From Octopus sinensis (taxonomy: Eukaryota), in assembly GCF_006345805.1 (NCBI RefSeq), contig NW_021833011.1, forward strand, positions 27,017-91,016: a DNA stretch of 64,000 bases. The letters are read 5' to 3'. Below the pieces are notes generated by a model. The model was not told the origin of the DNA. It made no database searches and saw nothing but the letters and a program-made list of their open reading frames with translations. Both the position numbers and the translations under genes were made by a program. Below, one piece after another: positions 61,721-64,000 of this stretch (positions within the stretch are counted from its first letter, which is position 1; each line of letters opens with the position of its first letter).

Positions 61721-64000
61721 ATATTGGAGGCGTAAAGATATAACATCTCACAACGAGGATTTTTCAAAGCTCACAGAGGTTATTTGTCAATTTGAGCATC
61801 ATACAAATTGTTAAATTATGGAGAAGCTATTAGCAGCAGTAATACAGCTTCAAGAGAAGCAACCAAAACAACTACAGGAGTTACAGAAGCAAATATTACA
61901 ACAACAACAACGGTTAACTGAGTTACAGTGAAGGAAGTTAAAAATTCGGTAAGTTCGTTTACAGCAGACATCATGGCAAACTCAATTTCTGAATTCACTT
62001 ATAATCCAGAGGAGGGTATTATGTTTTCTGCATACCATAGAAGGTACAAGGAAAATTTTAACAAGGGTTGCATGTAATAATCAAAGATCATTATTTATCA
62101 CTCAAATGGAATGTTGGAACTTAATGAAAAGTGATGACTTTATTACATATGCCAGAGAAGTTAACCATATGTGTGAAAATTCTAAACTTTAGGAACTCAC
62201 TGAGGATATGTTTAAATCGCTTATCTTCATAGAAAGCCTTATGGCAAATGAAGATAGAGAATTCAGGCAAGGGTTTTCTAAAATGGAGCAAGCGAACCAA
62301 GGCTGCAATGGTCTACAGACCATTGCAGAAGAATGTCAAACAATGGTAAACCTGAAGCACTGCATGAAAATAATTCAAGAAAAAGATTCTGCAAAAATAC
62401 AGATGTGTCAACCCGGAAAGTACAACCAAAAAACAGTGCCAGGCCCCAATCCATGTTACTGATGTGAAGGCCTACACTTCAGGGAAGCGTGTCCGTTTAA
62501 AAACCAAAAATGCTGTAGGTGTCAGAAACTTGGTGGCAAGAGCTCACACTGTAGGACAAGATTACAAGAGTTGGATGCAAAATGTTTTAAGTGAATGCAA
62601 CACAAAAACAAGAATATTCATACAAACAAAAATAAGCATTAAACAACAGCTGGATACGGGTAGGGATATTTCTATCATTAATGCGGATACATGGGCAAAA
62701 ATTGGGAAACTGAGGTGAGTGAGTAAACGGGCGATAAACTACATTTCATGGGTGAAATGTGTACAGGCATCACATTTCAAGGAGAAACATGCAAAGCCAA
62801 AATATTCTTTGTGGAGAATACAATCAATCAGTTTGGTAAAGATTGGTTGGAGTTATTTGACCTATGGTACCTCCCATAAGTCTCTACTGCAAAAACATAA
62901 ATGGTTGTCCTGTTAGAAATAAATCGTGTGAGGAATTGATGTTTCCCCAAGTACTATCAGTGGACATAGGTCTATATAAAAAGACCAAAGCCTGCTTTTA
63001 AATAAGTTAAAACGCTGTGCCTATATTTAAATCTAACAGAAAAGTACCATCTGCAGCAAGTGAAATCATAAATAAAGAGTTAGACAGACTGGAAAAGAGT
63101 GGAATCATCTAAAAAGTGGATTACTCTAAGTGGGCAGCACCCATGTTGTACATTAAGAAGAAAAATGATAATATTAGACTGTGTGCCAATTATCTCTACA
63201 GGATTAAAGGACTGCTTAAAGATATGCCACCATCCACTCTTGATACCAGAGGACATTTTCGCAAAAATTAAATGGTGGAAAAAATTTCTCTAAATTGGAT
63301 CTGTCTGACGCTTATTTACATATTAAAGTAAATGACAAATGCTCAAAGTATCTGAAAATAAATGTACACAGAGGATTGTACAGACATACCTGGTAAGCTT
63401 TTGGATTAAAGGTTACACCGGCAATATTTCAGCAAATCATGGATGCTATGTTATATGATTGTGAATTTACAGTCCCTTATTTAGACAAAATATTGATTAA
63501 AAGTAATTCATGTGAACAGCATATTGAGCATATAAAAGCTGTGTTCAAGAAAATTAAAGAGTACAGGTTCAATTTGAGTGAAGAAGTAAAATGCAAATTC
63601 TTTTGCCTCAAATTAAGTACTTAGGGCAAAGGATTGATAAAAATGGTAGATGGCCTGATCCATCGAGGGCAGATGCAATAAAGAATGTGCCTGTTCCGAC
63701 AAATATACCAACGTTATAAGTGTTTGTTGGGCTGGCAAACTACTACCAAAACTACATTCTTAACATGCACAGATTAAGAGCTCAATTGAATGACTTATTA
63801 AAAAGGAAGTAAAGTGGAATTGGTTGGTTAAAAATACCAAAATGCAATTGAAAAAATTTGAAAAATTCTAATCGCAGATATTGTGTCTACTGTATTTTCA
63901 TCCTGAAATAGACATTGTTGTAGCATCTAATGCTTTGGAGTATGGAATTGGAGCAGATTTGCTACATGAGTATGAAGATGGAATTAGGAAACCAGTGATT
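61491..64000 (+). mobile_element. Degenerate Gypsy LTR retrotransposon (Mag-like), truncated by window end
   Basis: gag NSISEFTYNPEEG, two Cys knuckles, protease LDTG, RT (LDLSDAY, PAIFQQIMD, YLDKILI), RNase H VVASNALEYGIGA. Confidence 0.9.

Overview
AT-rich, microsatellite-dense eukaryotic DNA whose repeats (tRNA-derived SINEs, RTE/BovB LINEs with (GAT)n tails, Dong/R4, Hero, Penelope, mariner, Helitron, Gypsy) point to an octopus-like cephalopod genome (inference). The main host gene is a + strand macrodomain PARP9/14/15-like gene. I traced ten exons or exon relics by hand between 24805 and 61366: the C-terminal part of a macro-1-type domain, a macro-2-type exon module present twice in tandem, and a post-macro exon. 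The first module copy is disabled (in-frame TAA, two -1 shifts, one exon missing). Its linker exons differ from the second copy far more than neighbouring intron blocks do. Upstream (9358-~11530) lies a frameshifted single-exon gene for a signal-peptide, Cys-ectodomain, multi-pass membrane protein of unknown function. The first ~19 kb also holds a nest of LINEs inserted at (TAA)n tracts, two fold-back duplications and Penelope-type hammerhead-like motifs. TE boundaries are approximate. Exon coordinates and difference counts were made by eye. Several frameshifts sit in homopolymers and may be assembly errors.
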